A stretch of DNA of 64,000 bases from Hydrolagus colliei (Eukaryota), in contig CM068745.1 of NCBI GenBank assembly GCA_035084275.1, positions 51,708,001-51,772,000 of the forward strand, read 5' to 3'. This document shows positions 11,754 to 23,040 of this stretch, in pieces. The position numbers and the translations under genes are program-made. Numbering within the stretch: the first letter of the stretch is position 1; the number at the start of each line of letters is the position of its first letter. The notes beneath the pieces are model-generated. The model worked only from the letters and a program-made list of their open reading frames with translations, made no database searches and was not told the DNA's origin.

Positions 11754-13648
11754 TTTTCTTTTTTTAAATAACACGCTTAGCTATATCATTCATCCTTAGG
11801 GTTAGGGTAGGATGTTGAACACAATTCAACTATTGCTCACGAAGCAGCCAAGGATCTACATGGAATTCACCTTGAACTATAGTAGTACAAATAGTATATA
11901 AAAGTAAATGTTTATTTTCCCATTCTTAATGGGGGTAAGCCAATTGTATCTAATCATTATCAAAGATGCAGTAGCCTTCAAGAAAATGTGACTGGTTCAG
12001 ATTATTAAGATTATCATTGATTTTGTCCTACTAGAAGAGAAACCTGAACATCCTCCCATTTCATCCTGCAAGTACTTTTAATGATAGGCTGATTAGTCCA
12101 TCTCATATACGCTTTGGGCTAGGGTAGGCTAGTGAAAGGGATTCTTCTCATTCAGCCTCTGTACACACTGCACACCAAAGACCTCATGATTAGAGTGGTT
12201 CTAATTGTGTAAGCAGAAAAAAGTATTTGCCATGCCACAATATGTGAGTTTAGCTGGTTAAACTCTAACAGTACAAAGGTGCAATGTGTCAGTCCTCCAA
12301 ACTTAGGTCATGCCAAAGTTAATGGAAGCAAAAAGTACCCTGGGGAGAAATTACACATTTCATTCCAAACACAGGGAATTCCAGTCTTAGGACAGTTTGG
12401 AAAGATAAATGGAAAAGTATTGACAAAACTACTTCAACTAGTCTTGTAGACAAAAGTACTCTCAAGGAGCACTCAGGGTGCTCTAGTACACTATCCCGTG
12501 TGAAGGGCGCAATATTAGTGCAATTAATATTATGTTACCTATCATTTCACTGTCAAACTTAAATTAAGAACTTGCCAGAAGAAGATGAAGACCTCCATAT
12601 ATTTTAAACAGTCAGTTAAGACTAAATAGAAACATACTTGTTTCTAAACTTCAGGACAATTTTCTAAGATTTTGCAAATAATACACGATAATAATTTTTG
12701 CTTTTGATACAACTACTTATCACGTGGTTTGAATGGGATTGGTTTATAGTGTATATTTTAGGCAAACACAAAAGTCAATTTGCACACAGCAACATCCCAC
12801 AAAAAGTCATAAAGTGCATGACCAATTTAACTGGGAGATTCTTGGCCTACAAAACAAGAGAAACTACCTTCACTTTTCAATTAAAATTACAGAGAAAATT
12901 AGGAGAAAGGAGTTCCTTATCCCCACCCAAAAAAATTAGAGAGAGAAAGGCCACCAGTCACAGAAAAGGGAGAAAGGCCCTGAACACCAGTGTACTTCAC
13001 CCACTATGAAAATAGATGTGATGCATTAATTTGTGCAAATAACTTTTTGTTGTTTACTTTTAAAATAGCAATATAGTCTGAATCTATTGCAGAAACATCA
13101 AGCTTTCAAGTTGAGCTACATTTCTTTTCAAACCCTCAGAAAATCTTATGCATTAGACCACATTTACCTTTTTTCAAGAAGGTAATTTCTGCAGGGCTCC
13201 AGCACTACACAATTTAGCACTACATCACTGGTCCTTCCAATGTGAAAAAGCGTTATCAAATGCTAGGATACTATTATTTAAAATTGCAAGATTTAATTTG
13301 GCAATGGGAGATCCTAATACTGAAAAAATATTTGAACAAATGGATGTTCTAATGACAGAGCCCTGGAAGGTGCCACTACATGAAAATTTTTGTTCCCTAT
13401 AGCATTTCCCATCAACATCTCATTCACCACTGTAATCAAGGTCATGTGCCTCTTCCGACTGCACCATCTGACAACTTGATCTAAAGTAGTAAGCAATTTG
13501 GTGGTATGCCATGTCCTGAATGCAAATCTGTTCAGCTCCAAGGTCACCAATGGAGACGTTAATGATATAATTCTCCAGATTTGTTTTGAAAGGCTGTACA
13601 GTACTTAGAAAGAACAGGCACTTATGGTTATGGGTAAACCCTACAGTG

Positions 13649-14468
13649 CAGGTAGACCCCACTTAACGAAGGTGTTCGGGACTTTAAAACCCTTTGGTAA
13701 GCGAAACTTTTGTTAAGCGAGAGTTTAACTGTATTGCTGTATTTGGCGGTAGCCAAAACGCCACCCCGACCCGAGCCTCCCCGCTAAAATCAGTTTAGTT
13801 CCTAGTGCTAATATTTTCGGTGTACAGGTTGAGCGTCCAAAATCCAGAGTCCGGAATGTGACAAAAATTGCAAGAATAAAAACGCCAATCCTACCTGCTC
13901 CAGGCCAGGTCTTCTGTCACCACACCAAAATATCGCAACCTGGGCCCAGGCATTTCTGGACTTGTGACTCGTTCCTGTTGTTCCGAAGTCCAGAAATACC
14001 CAAACCTGGGCTCGGGCGTTTCCTGACCTCGGAACGAAAAACACGAAAACCCACTTGACCTCGGTCCCTGTACTAGTGAAGGCCTAAGGTAGATATAACT
14101 GCTATTGAAGGCTACACAACTTTAACTACAACAATAAAAATATTAAAATGTTAGTAAATACAACAACAATAAAATAGACAGTTCTCGACTTACTATTATT
14201 GAAGCCACGAAGCATCCTGCCGCTTAAGCTCCTCTCATATGGGAGGGGGTGCACTGCACTGCTTAACTGAGGCACGCTAAAGACTGAGCATGTGTTGCGG
14301 GGGCAACCGGGAGAGATGCTACCCATAAGAAGCCTGTGAGATTTAAATTGTGTTTAAACATTTGTTATAGCGAACACAGCCTTCGTTAAGTGGATAAGTG
14401 GTACAAATAGAAACCCTTGTTATAGTGAACTTTCGTTAACTGGGTGTTCGTTAAGCGGGGTCTACCTG
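13649..14468. mobile_element. Tigger-like MITE, composite interior
   Basis: TIRs CAGGTAGACCCC(A/G)CTTAACGAA; right flank TA, left flank TG; a second TA-CAGGTTGAGCGTCC terminus nested at about 13823. Confidence 0.88.
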
Positions 14469-15282
14469 TATCTGATGAAACAACTAAAAGCAATTTATAT
14501 TGTGTCTTTCAAGTCGGGAGTACATCTGAAAAATGTTTCGCACAGAGCTCGAGGGTGGGGAGCGCCAAGGAAGGTGGGGAGGAAAGTGAATGGAAAATGG
14601 TTGAATAGAAAGAGTCTTAAGACAGTTTTTATGGATAAGGTAGAGGGATTTTGGTAATGAATTTGTAGAGTGGTAGCAGAAATGACCGAAAGCTTGTCTG
14701 GCAACAGTGGGGCAGATTGGAATATAGTGGGGCAGATAAAGAATACCCCAAAAAAATGCAGAATTTAATTTTTTTTTAATGTTTTAATTGATAATTAAAT
14801 ATAATGCAACAAAATCAAGTACAAAAATCAATGCTTGGATAAGCTACCGAATCACATTCCAGGTGCAAAGCTACGACATGAAACATAGTTCATCAAGACC
14901 AATTACACATCCTACAAATGCCAACAAATATCCATCTAGGATTGGTTTCACACCTGAATCAATTCAGCCATGAGTCAGCATAATCTACCAGTACCGACCT
15001 GCCACTGTCATGTTTACATTACAAGTTCACCTGCAGAGGCAAGCCCACATTATCCTGTCAGATGTACCATCCATTTCAAAAGCTGAACTGGAAGTGGGAT
15101 GGATGCAGGAAGAAACAGCACTGGGTGCTCAGCAGCTACACTCTGGTGTCTCAGTAAATACAACAGTAAAAGACAGACAGTCCTCGACTTACTATTATTG
15201 AAGCCACAAAGCATCCTGCCGCTTAAGCTCCTCCCATATGGGAGGGGTTGCATTGCACTGCTTAACTGAGGCACGCTAAAGA
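14152..15282 (+). repeat. About 130-bp diverged direct repeat pair (14152-14284 and about 15152-15282)
   Basis: Shared CTCGACTTACTATTATTGAAGCCAC...GCACTGCTTAACTGAGGCACGCTAAAGAC. Confidence 0.9.
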
Positions 15283-16899
15283 CACAAATGGGATTCCATC
15301 AAAGCAGGATTAGGCTCCAATACCTATTCCCTTCATCCATGCCAAACACAGGCACCAACTCACTTCAATAATAATGTGGTCTCCATTTTCTTATGTGACT
15401 GAAAATAAATAGCACTGACATAATACATTAACGTTTGGTGAGAAAGAGCAAACTCAAAGCTACGTGCTGTAAACATATAAACATTAACATGTTACAAGCC
15501 TATAAAATTTCTATCACAAACCTGTATTGTAGATCTCGCCAAATGTTAGCAGAAAATGTAATCTCTCATGGTTCAACTAAATATAGGGAATAGGAAATGC
15601 AGAGTGATGTGTAGTGTGATCAAGGCTGTAGCATATTCCTGGAGTTTGGATGACCTGGAATTATTGGTAAAGCACTGAGATAACCGATTTAGAGGCATTT
15701 AGGGAACAGATCCTGATTGTCTCCATTCAAAAGTAATCAATGAGATCAAGCAGGACTTGGGAGATTTTCACCTCAGTTTGTTCATGCTCAAGGTCATTGA
15801 TCATTTGTCGTGCTCAGTGGTTAGTACAGTCCAAAGATCAATTTTCAGTTAGAGTATCTTTTTCTAGGTCCTCTCAAAGTTATTATGTTTGCTGGATTTC
15901 GATTACTAATGTTATCTGAATTATTCTGGAAGTAGAAGCAGAAATGCGTTTTTGCCATCAGTAAATTTAAAATGAGTGAATCTTGCAGCCATTTTCCTGG
16001 ATTCATGAGATCTATCAATTTCCTGCTCTGGCCTAGAATAGCCCCTATAGTCCTACATTTCCTGTTTTCAAAGCAGCCAACAAGTCATTAATTAAAGGGC
16101 TCATTTTTAAACATGAGTTCATTATGTGCACTACATGGAATTTTAAAATGTTCCAACATACTTAAAATGCTCAAGCTTCCAAAGTCAATCGATGTACTGA
16201 AGGACTATTCCAACATTTATCCTGTGAGGTTGTTAACCTTTAGCAATTTCTTAAGGTTCATTTTTGAACAACAACTCGGATTTCACCCCAGACGGTATCT
16301 CTGAGCTCTTGAAGGTGTTCACCTACACAATACACAGTAACTACACTTTACAATAAATCTTGAAGTGCTCCAGGACCATGCTCTGAGAAGTGAAAGTGTC
16401 CTCCCAACAAGCAAAGTGCTATAATAAATGCAAGGATTATTTTATAAATGAAAACAGATGTAACATACAGTCCTTGCCCACTTATCTCAAACCCATTTAT
16501 AACAACCACCACCTCCATTTATGTAGTGCCCCTCACGCACGGAGCATCCCATATCGTTTAATATTGAAATCCCACTTACATCAAGAAAAAATTGAAGTCC
16601 CTTCCCTGCCAAGGAACACACTAAAACCGTACTATATATGTCAACATTGGCATGAACCTCGCCACGCTTAACTTGACAAATTGTCTGTAACAAAACTTTG
16701 TGTTGTTGTCATTTGTGTCAACAGGCCCTTATTGTTACATGTGACACATGGGTCAGTGAATAAGTTATTGGTGCGTGTGGCACGTGCGTGTATGAGTGAT
16801 TGAGTAAGTGTGGCTCTTGTAGACAACGTGTGGGTGGGTGTGGCACATGTTAGGCGAGTTAGGCCTACAAAGTAGCTGTGTTGCAGGTGTACCATGATG

Positions 16900-19050
16900 G
16901 ATACCACAACTGGAATTAAATGGAAACTTGATTTGTATCACGCAATAAAGTCCAGAAAAGAACCATCTGTGGAACCATCTCTGTGAAGCACAATATCCTA
17001 TAGGCTTGGTAAAAAATTGCTGCACACAAACAGGCCTAATACACATTGCAGATAATGAAAAGAAAAACTGCAAGATGTGCAGAGGATGCATTAGCTATGT
17101 GGTTTAAATGAAAAACTCACTGAAAATCCCACCATCAAAACTGATCATGGCAAGTTCATTGAGAAGGCCAAAGCTTTCAACACCAGCAGTGAGTGTCGCT
17201 TCAAGGCTCATCACGGGCTGATTTTTTTTTTTTACAGTGCCCCCAGACAAAACTTGCTGCATTCCTTTAATTCGGCAAATGGCCTAAAGGGCGTATTTCA
17301 TCTATGGGTACCACCAACATGATTGGAATAAATAAGCAGCAACCTCTCGTTATAGGAAAGTCAAAAACCCCTCAATGCTTCAAAAATGTAAAATATCTAC
17401 CAGGCGATTATGAAGCCAATGCCACCATCACGTTTACATTACAAGTTCACCTGCAGAGGGAAGCCAACATCATCCCAATAAAAGCTCCACCTATTTCAGA
17501 AGTTCCAAGGTTGAATTACCAGTGGGTAGTGGCAGGAAAGCAAACAGCATTGGGTGTTCATCCTGGGTGACATCTGATTTTCACCAAATGGATCCAAAAG
17601 CCAGAACACAAGATGACCATTCTAGGTCAGAAAATAGTGTTAGGAGGCAATAACAGCTCTGCCCACCTTCAGGTCAATTGGCTATTAGATGAGTGATTCT
17701 TTATCCTTAGTCCAGTCAATGGATAAAAGGATTATTCAAAATCTCAAGTACAATTAACAAAAACTTTTAGCTCATAAACAGTTGCCAGATATTAAGGCCA
17801 AGGAAGAGTTTATGGGAAACCTAATAGAAGCAATCCACAGCCTCTTTTTGAAGAAAAAAAAAGCCTGGACATTGGTATACAGGTATCCCCTGATTTACAA
17901 TGGTTCTATTTACACGGTTTTGATTTAACAAACATAATTTAACACCTTTTCATCAATATACTGCATTTGGTTTTGTTTTAACGACAAAAAATGTTGCGTA
18001 TCTTTTTTGCGCATGCGCAGTATATAATGTATTTCACGGTAAAATCACGGTTGTGTACTGTATCCAAGCCTTTGAACTGTCCAATAGCATATCGCTATGT
18101 CAGTGGTTCCCAACCTTTTTTTGCTGCGATCCAAATTAGCCTCCTACCTCTTGAGGGCATTATCGTGATTGACGCTCAGCTCAGCCAAAACGTTATCTCT
18201 TTTGTGGGCGTCTGTTTTGTGGACTCAGCTCTTTTGTAAGTACACTCTATACAAATCGGTCCGAGGTGTCGGTTTTTTTTAAGGGTTAAAAGCTTTTTTT
18301 TAAGCGGTAAACGTTTTTTTCTAGCGTCTTAAAAGCCAACTTCTTTTGAAGTGACACAACGCAATTTTGAGCGATTTACAGCCTCTAGACCGCATTTCTA
18401 CAATGTTAGAAAAGTGACGCGTAAATAAAATGAGCAGCTGTAATATCGCTAGCGGTAAAAAAAAAACCGCAAAGTCATTACATCAGATACAAAATCTTGC
18501 CTATGTGTGATATTTTGTGTCATTTTGTATGTTATTTTAGTGGGTTTAAGGTCCGAAAATTTTGTCAAAAGAATGCATCTTGGGTTATATAATGGGATCG
18601 CATGAGAAACTGCATTACGATTTACAACATTTCGAGTTGCGTGACTTATTCCGGAACGCAACCCTGTCGTAAATCGGGGGATACCCGTACAAGAGATATT
18701 CAGAATTGATTCATGCGTTCTTTTTCCATCGACACACGAGGTTACTTGCGGGGATTCACAGCTGAAAGAGACCGACAATTATGTGCTGCTGGAAGCTCTT
18801 GGTTTGCATAAACAAGAATTCATAGACCTTGCTGTTGATGTGGATGTAAATTAGAAGCGGATTGCAGCAGGGGGAGATTAAGGGATCACCTCAGCAAAGA
18901 ACATCAAGAGGACAGCCAACAAAACGCTGAGGAATCTGAAAACAATGATAAAGAGTCCAATGCCGACATTATCTGGTCGTGACATGTAAAGAAGCATTTA
19001 GCATATATGAAGGACTGCAGGCATTTATTGCATATGAAACCGAGTACTTT
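16900..19050 (+). pseudogene. Heavily decayed Tigger/pogo transposase, interrupted by later insertions
   Basis: Colinear remnants: EDALAMWF, EKAKAF..FKAHHG, PLVIGKSKTPQCFKNVKYLPGDYEAN, NNSSAH, SLVQSMDKRIIQNLK, KAWTLV and an acidic tail; many stops and frameshifts. Confidence 0.75.
17880..18687. mobile_element. Tigger-like MITE inserted in the decayed transposase
   Basis: TIRs C(A/G)GGTATCCCC(T/C)GATTTAC, TA on both sides; contains hAT-like terminus CAGTGGTTCCCAACCTTTTT at 18101. Confidence 0.9.
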
Positions 19051-19342
19051 TAAATGACTGTCGTCTTACATTTAAAAAACGTTAATAGATATAAATATAA
19101 TTTATATATCATAGATAAAATATTTGTAAATAAATTGGTACAACAATTCTAATTACAGTATTGTACTTGAAATACATGTAAATAATAATTTCATTTGATA
19201 AAGTACCTTATCACATAAATGAGACATCTCAAAAGCACTTCACAGGATATACTGTAAAGTAGATTGACTGCATTTTGTGGGAAAAACTAAATGCTTCAGC
19301 AATTTTTAATTGCAATGCATGTGTCTGCCTTGGTTTATGTCA

Positions 19343-19440
19343 GAACTGACAAAGGGTCGTGGACCCAAAGTTTGCCTCACTCACTTTCCTTTCTCCATAG
19401 ATGCTGCTGAGTGTTCCCAGCGATTTCTGTTTTTGTTTCA
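19343..19440 (+). mobile_element. Short Penelope terminal-repeat unit (degenerate)
   Basis: CTGACAAAGGGTCGTGGACCC...CTTTCCTTTCTCCATAGATGCTG...CCCAGCGATTTCTG; same family as the other copies. Confidence 0.7.
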
Positions 19441-22207
19441 AATGAAAATTATATCTTGATCAGCCTATGTTCAAGCCCAAATTTTCAGAAAGAAACCATT
19501 TACTGCATCACCAGTCAGAAGATGTATCAAGCTAGGAAAATAGCTATACAACATCTTGCCTTTTAAATTACCACTCTTCAGCCAAGCAAGGCAATTGATT
19601 TACGTTGTGCAAGCTTGCCATTTACTCCTGCACTATTCATCGATGGCAGCACTCTTTTGAAGTCTTCCGCTATAAACTAGCTTAATCAGGGAGCTTGTAT
19701 TTGTTAATTACCAACCCTTTCCTCTCTGCCTCCCCTCAATACATTAGTCACTCTCTGGGTACACATCTACTGCAACAACAAAATTTGATTTGTATAGCAC
19801 CTTTTACATCGGGAGGACGCCACAAGGCACTGGACAGATAGTATTCTAACAACAACAACATTACATTTATAGAGCACCTTTTCACGTCAGGAGGAAATTT
19901 ATATCCTATATCCTAAGAGCGGATCACTGTTTTAAAATCACCATTGTTTAGCTGTTACTGATCCTTGTAAAAACTGCACAGCATTCCCAAACTTGATTCA
20001 AATATATTTGGTGATCCTGTGTTTCATGGCACTAGGAAGTTAATAATTAATTTTTTTTTAAGTTTTAAGGATTTTACTTTGAAATACATTGATTAGGTAT
20101 TTGTAAGCAAATATATTGCACCTCCATAATGCACGCTTACACACACAAAAACTATGTCTTGATTTGGACTTTGGAAATCTGTTTAGCTGAGTGTCTAGAA
20201 GTACACATAAATAATTGTTCTGTTGAATGATTCACGGATCTAAAAACATTCAATCACCTATTGCAAACAGTTTAGTGCATTCCAATGGATTGCAAAATTT
20301 GGTAAAGCCAAACATAGGAAGGTGATGGGAAAAATGGAGAGTCAATTAAAACCATTTAATAATATTCCTTGCATTTTATGTAACGCTTTTTACGTCTTTG
20401 AGACATCTCAATATACTGTATAGTAAATTGACTCAAAAAATCATTTGTTAAGAAATGTACAAAAGGCATATACATAACTTTTTTTTAAGTTGCAATTCAA
20501 CGTACAAATGCAACAACCTAGTTTTCCCCAGAAATATTGCATACAACACAAAGGAAAGTGCAAAATTGCAAGTTATATATTTCAGTGTACAGAGTAATTA
20601 ATTGTTGCATTTTCTCCTTCAAAACAATTTTTGCTTGTTTTCTAAATAAATTGGCATTTACCATGAAAAGGCCTCATAATTCCCAAACCCAAATCTCACA
20701 TACCGGTAATCCAAATGCAAGCATTGAGTATCTGTGCTGACATTTCTTGCTGAAGTGAATAAATCCAAAGATTATTTAACTTTGCACTACCTGAGCCCAA
20801 GATACATTTTATTCATCCATCAGTGATTCCCAAGGCTATCCAAACAGCAATGCAAAATGTTTTCAAGCCAGTCAACATTTTGTACTAGTTTCCACTACTT
20901 GCTGTAAAAGTGCATAATAAACAGTTTTGATTTTTGCAAAATACCCCAGGACAAAAAGATAATGGAAACGTATTGCACAAAATTGCCCCTATAACCACTG
21001 GCAGGCAATTAGCATGACAAAGCACTAAATTGTCAAATCGACAAACCCACAGACATTGCAAATCAGATCTTTGCAAAGAATTAAATTATCCAATGCAGAA
21101 CACTCCCCCATCCCCGTTTATGTAAATAGTTCTGTTTGCGCCGTCAAATTCCAACATTCCAGTCAATTGGGTGAACAAAAAACGATTGACATTAACCTTG
21201 TATGGAAAGCCTCACAACAAGTCATTGTTTAAACCCCAGGAGGCACCAATCACTTCACAGTGTTGTCCAACAAGCTGATAACAGCAGAACAATGGGACCA
21301 GGCCAGTGCTATGATGGTTCCCACGTAGTGCATGCAAGCCTGCGCTTTATATTGAAATACAATATGGGCATTTACACGCAGTTAAACAGCATTTTGTTCT
21401 CATTTCCCAGTATCATTGAAATGAAATGAACAATTCAGAAGTCCGAATTTGTGATGCATCTGATTCTCTCCATAATAAAAGCTTTGCTGTGTTATATTCC
21501 ACCAAAATAAATATATTGGCACTCGACAGTCAAAATGTATTATCAAAAAGCAAAAATCCAAATATGAGCAAAAACACTGAACTAATGTAACAACTTCATG
21601 CATTAAAATACAGATAATTATAATCCATCTCTGCACATCTGAATTTACAAGATGTGTGTGTATAAAACAAGTGGTTATTTAGTGTTTCCACATGTTCCCC
21701 TTCTTTCTCATTCTCAAAGTTTTTTTTTAGCATCTGTCCTTACCCCCACAAAGAGGTTAGGCTGCAGGGGACAATTAACCCAAACCAGTTTTCAGGCTGT
21801 GCCAGCAATGGAATGCAGAAAAACACATAAACCATTTGTCAGAAAACACACGCTCTGCCAACCGTTACAGTGACAAAATCTTCAATTTTTCATACAATCT
21901 CCTTGTATGGGATCACTGGATTTGCTCACTCACTAAAATAGAATTAAAGTAATGATAAGGGTATAAATAGCAGATTTGCACGCATATTCCATATTTTGTG
22001 CTAAAACTTCTAAGTTTATAAACAAAACCAGCAAGCTTTATGCAGAAGGTAAAGCATCTTAACTAGGAATCTGCTCCATTGGTGTCCCATCATCAAATGG
22101 TTTGATTTAAATTTTTTATGGGAGGTGGGAAAGTAATCAATGCATGCATGTTTTTGAAGCTACAAATAATTAGATTTAAAAGACAGGATAGGGCATTATA
22201 TTCTGTA

Positions 22208-22525
22208 GAGTCCTGTAGCTCAGTGGTTGGAGCCTTGCAAGCGAGAGATCTGGGTTCAATTCCAGGCATGGCAAAACCTTGGTCAAGTTTCCTTACTCCA
22301 CATGCCCGGTGATATTCTATAAAGAAAAAAAAATTGGGTCATTTTAATCCACGACTGTTTGTGGGACACTGCTGTGCACATTTGGCTGCCACATTTCACC
22401 CACAAATATGCAGTCTACCTGCTTTACAATATATTCTGTAATTCACTTTTAAATGTCTAGAAGATGTAAAAAGCAATATTTCAAATGCAAGGATTATTAT
22501 ATCAAATGCAAGGATTATTATTATT
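22208..22525 (+). mobile_element. tRNA-derived SINE with Deu-like core and (ATT)n tail
   Basis: A box TAGCTCAGTGG, B box GGTTCAATTCC, core GTTTGTGGGACACTGCTGTGCACATTTGGCTGCC, duplicated tail TCAAATGCAAGGATTATTA. Confidence 0.85.
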
Positions 22526-22872
22526 AAAAGACAGAGACTTGGAAAAAGTGTGTATGTGGTGGGCAAGAATGCGAATCTATCTTTCATTATCACTGTAACT
22601 TCAACAACAATTTGTAGTTATATAGCCCTTCATGTAACACTGTAGTACTTCCACTGCAATTTAAAAGTGGCACCACATTTTCACTCAAATTAAGTCATTC
22701 TGCAGTTTGTCAAACTAGTTTCATGAATATCACTATCAGTTACTGGTATCATTTCCTTTCATAGATTCTGCAAACCCTTATCCCCACCAGGTGCCACTAT
22801 CCTCGAACGGACTGATTGAGATCCCCATTCTAAATTTCAAATGAATCACAACACAATTTTTAATATAATGAT

Positions 22873-23040
22873 AAATAATAATCCTTGCATGTTAGCGCTT
22901 TTCACAGCTTCTCGATGTCTCAAAGTACTTCACAGAATATACTGTAAAGTAAATTGACTGTATATTTGTGGGCAAAACATGGCAGCCAATTGCGCACAGC
23001 AGTGTCCCACAAACAGTCGTGGGTTGAAATACCCAATTTA
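22873..23040 (-). mobile_element. SINE 3' half (same family), inverted
   Basis: Reverse complement of 22335-22520. Confidence 0.85.

Noticed and set aside
13314-13662. Two overlapping minus-strand ORFs that look vaguely coding
   Set aside because: No recognisable motif or convincing exon boundaries; cannot be supported without a search
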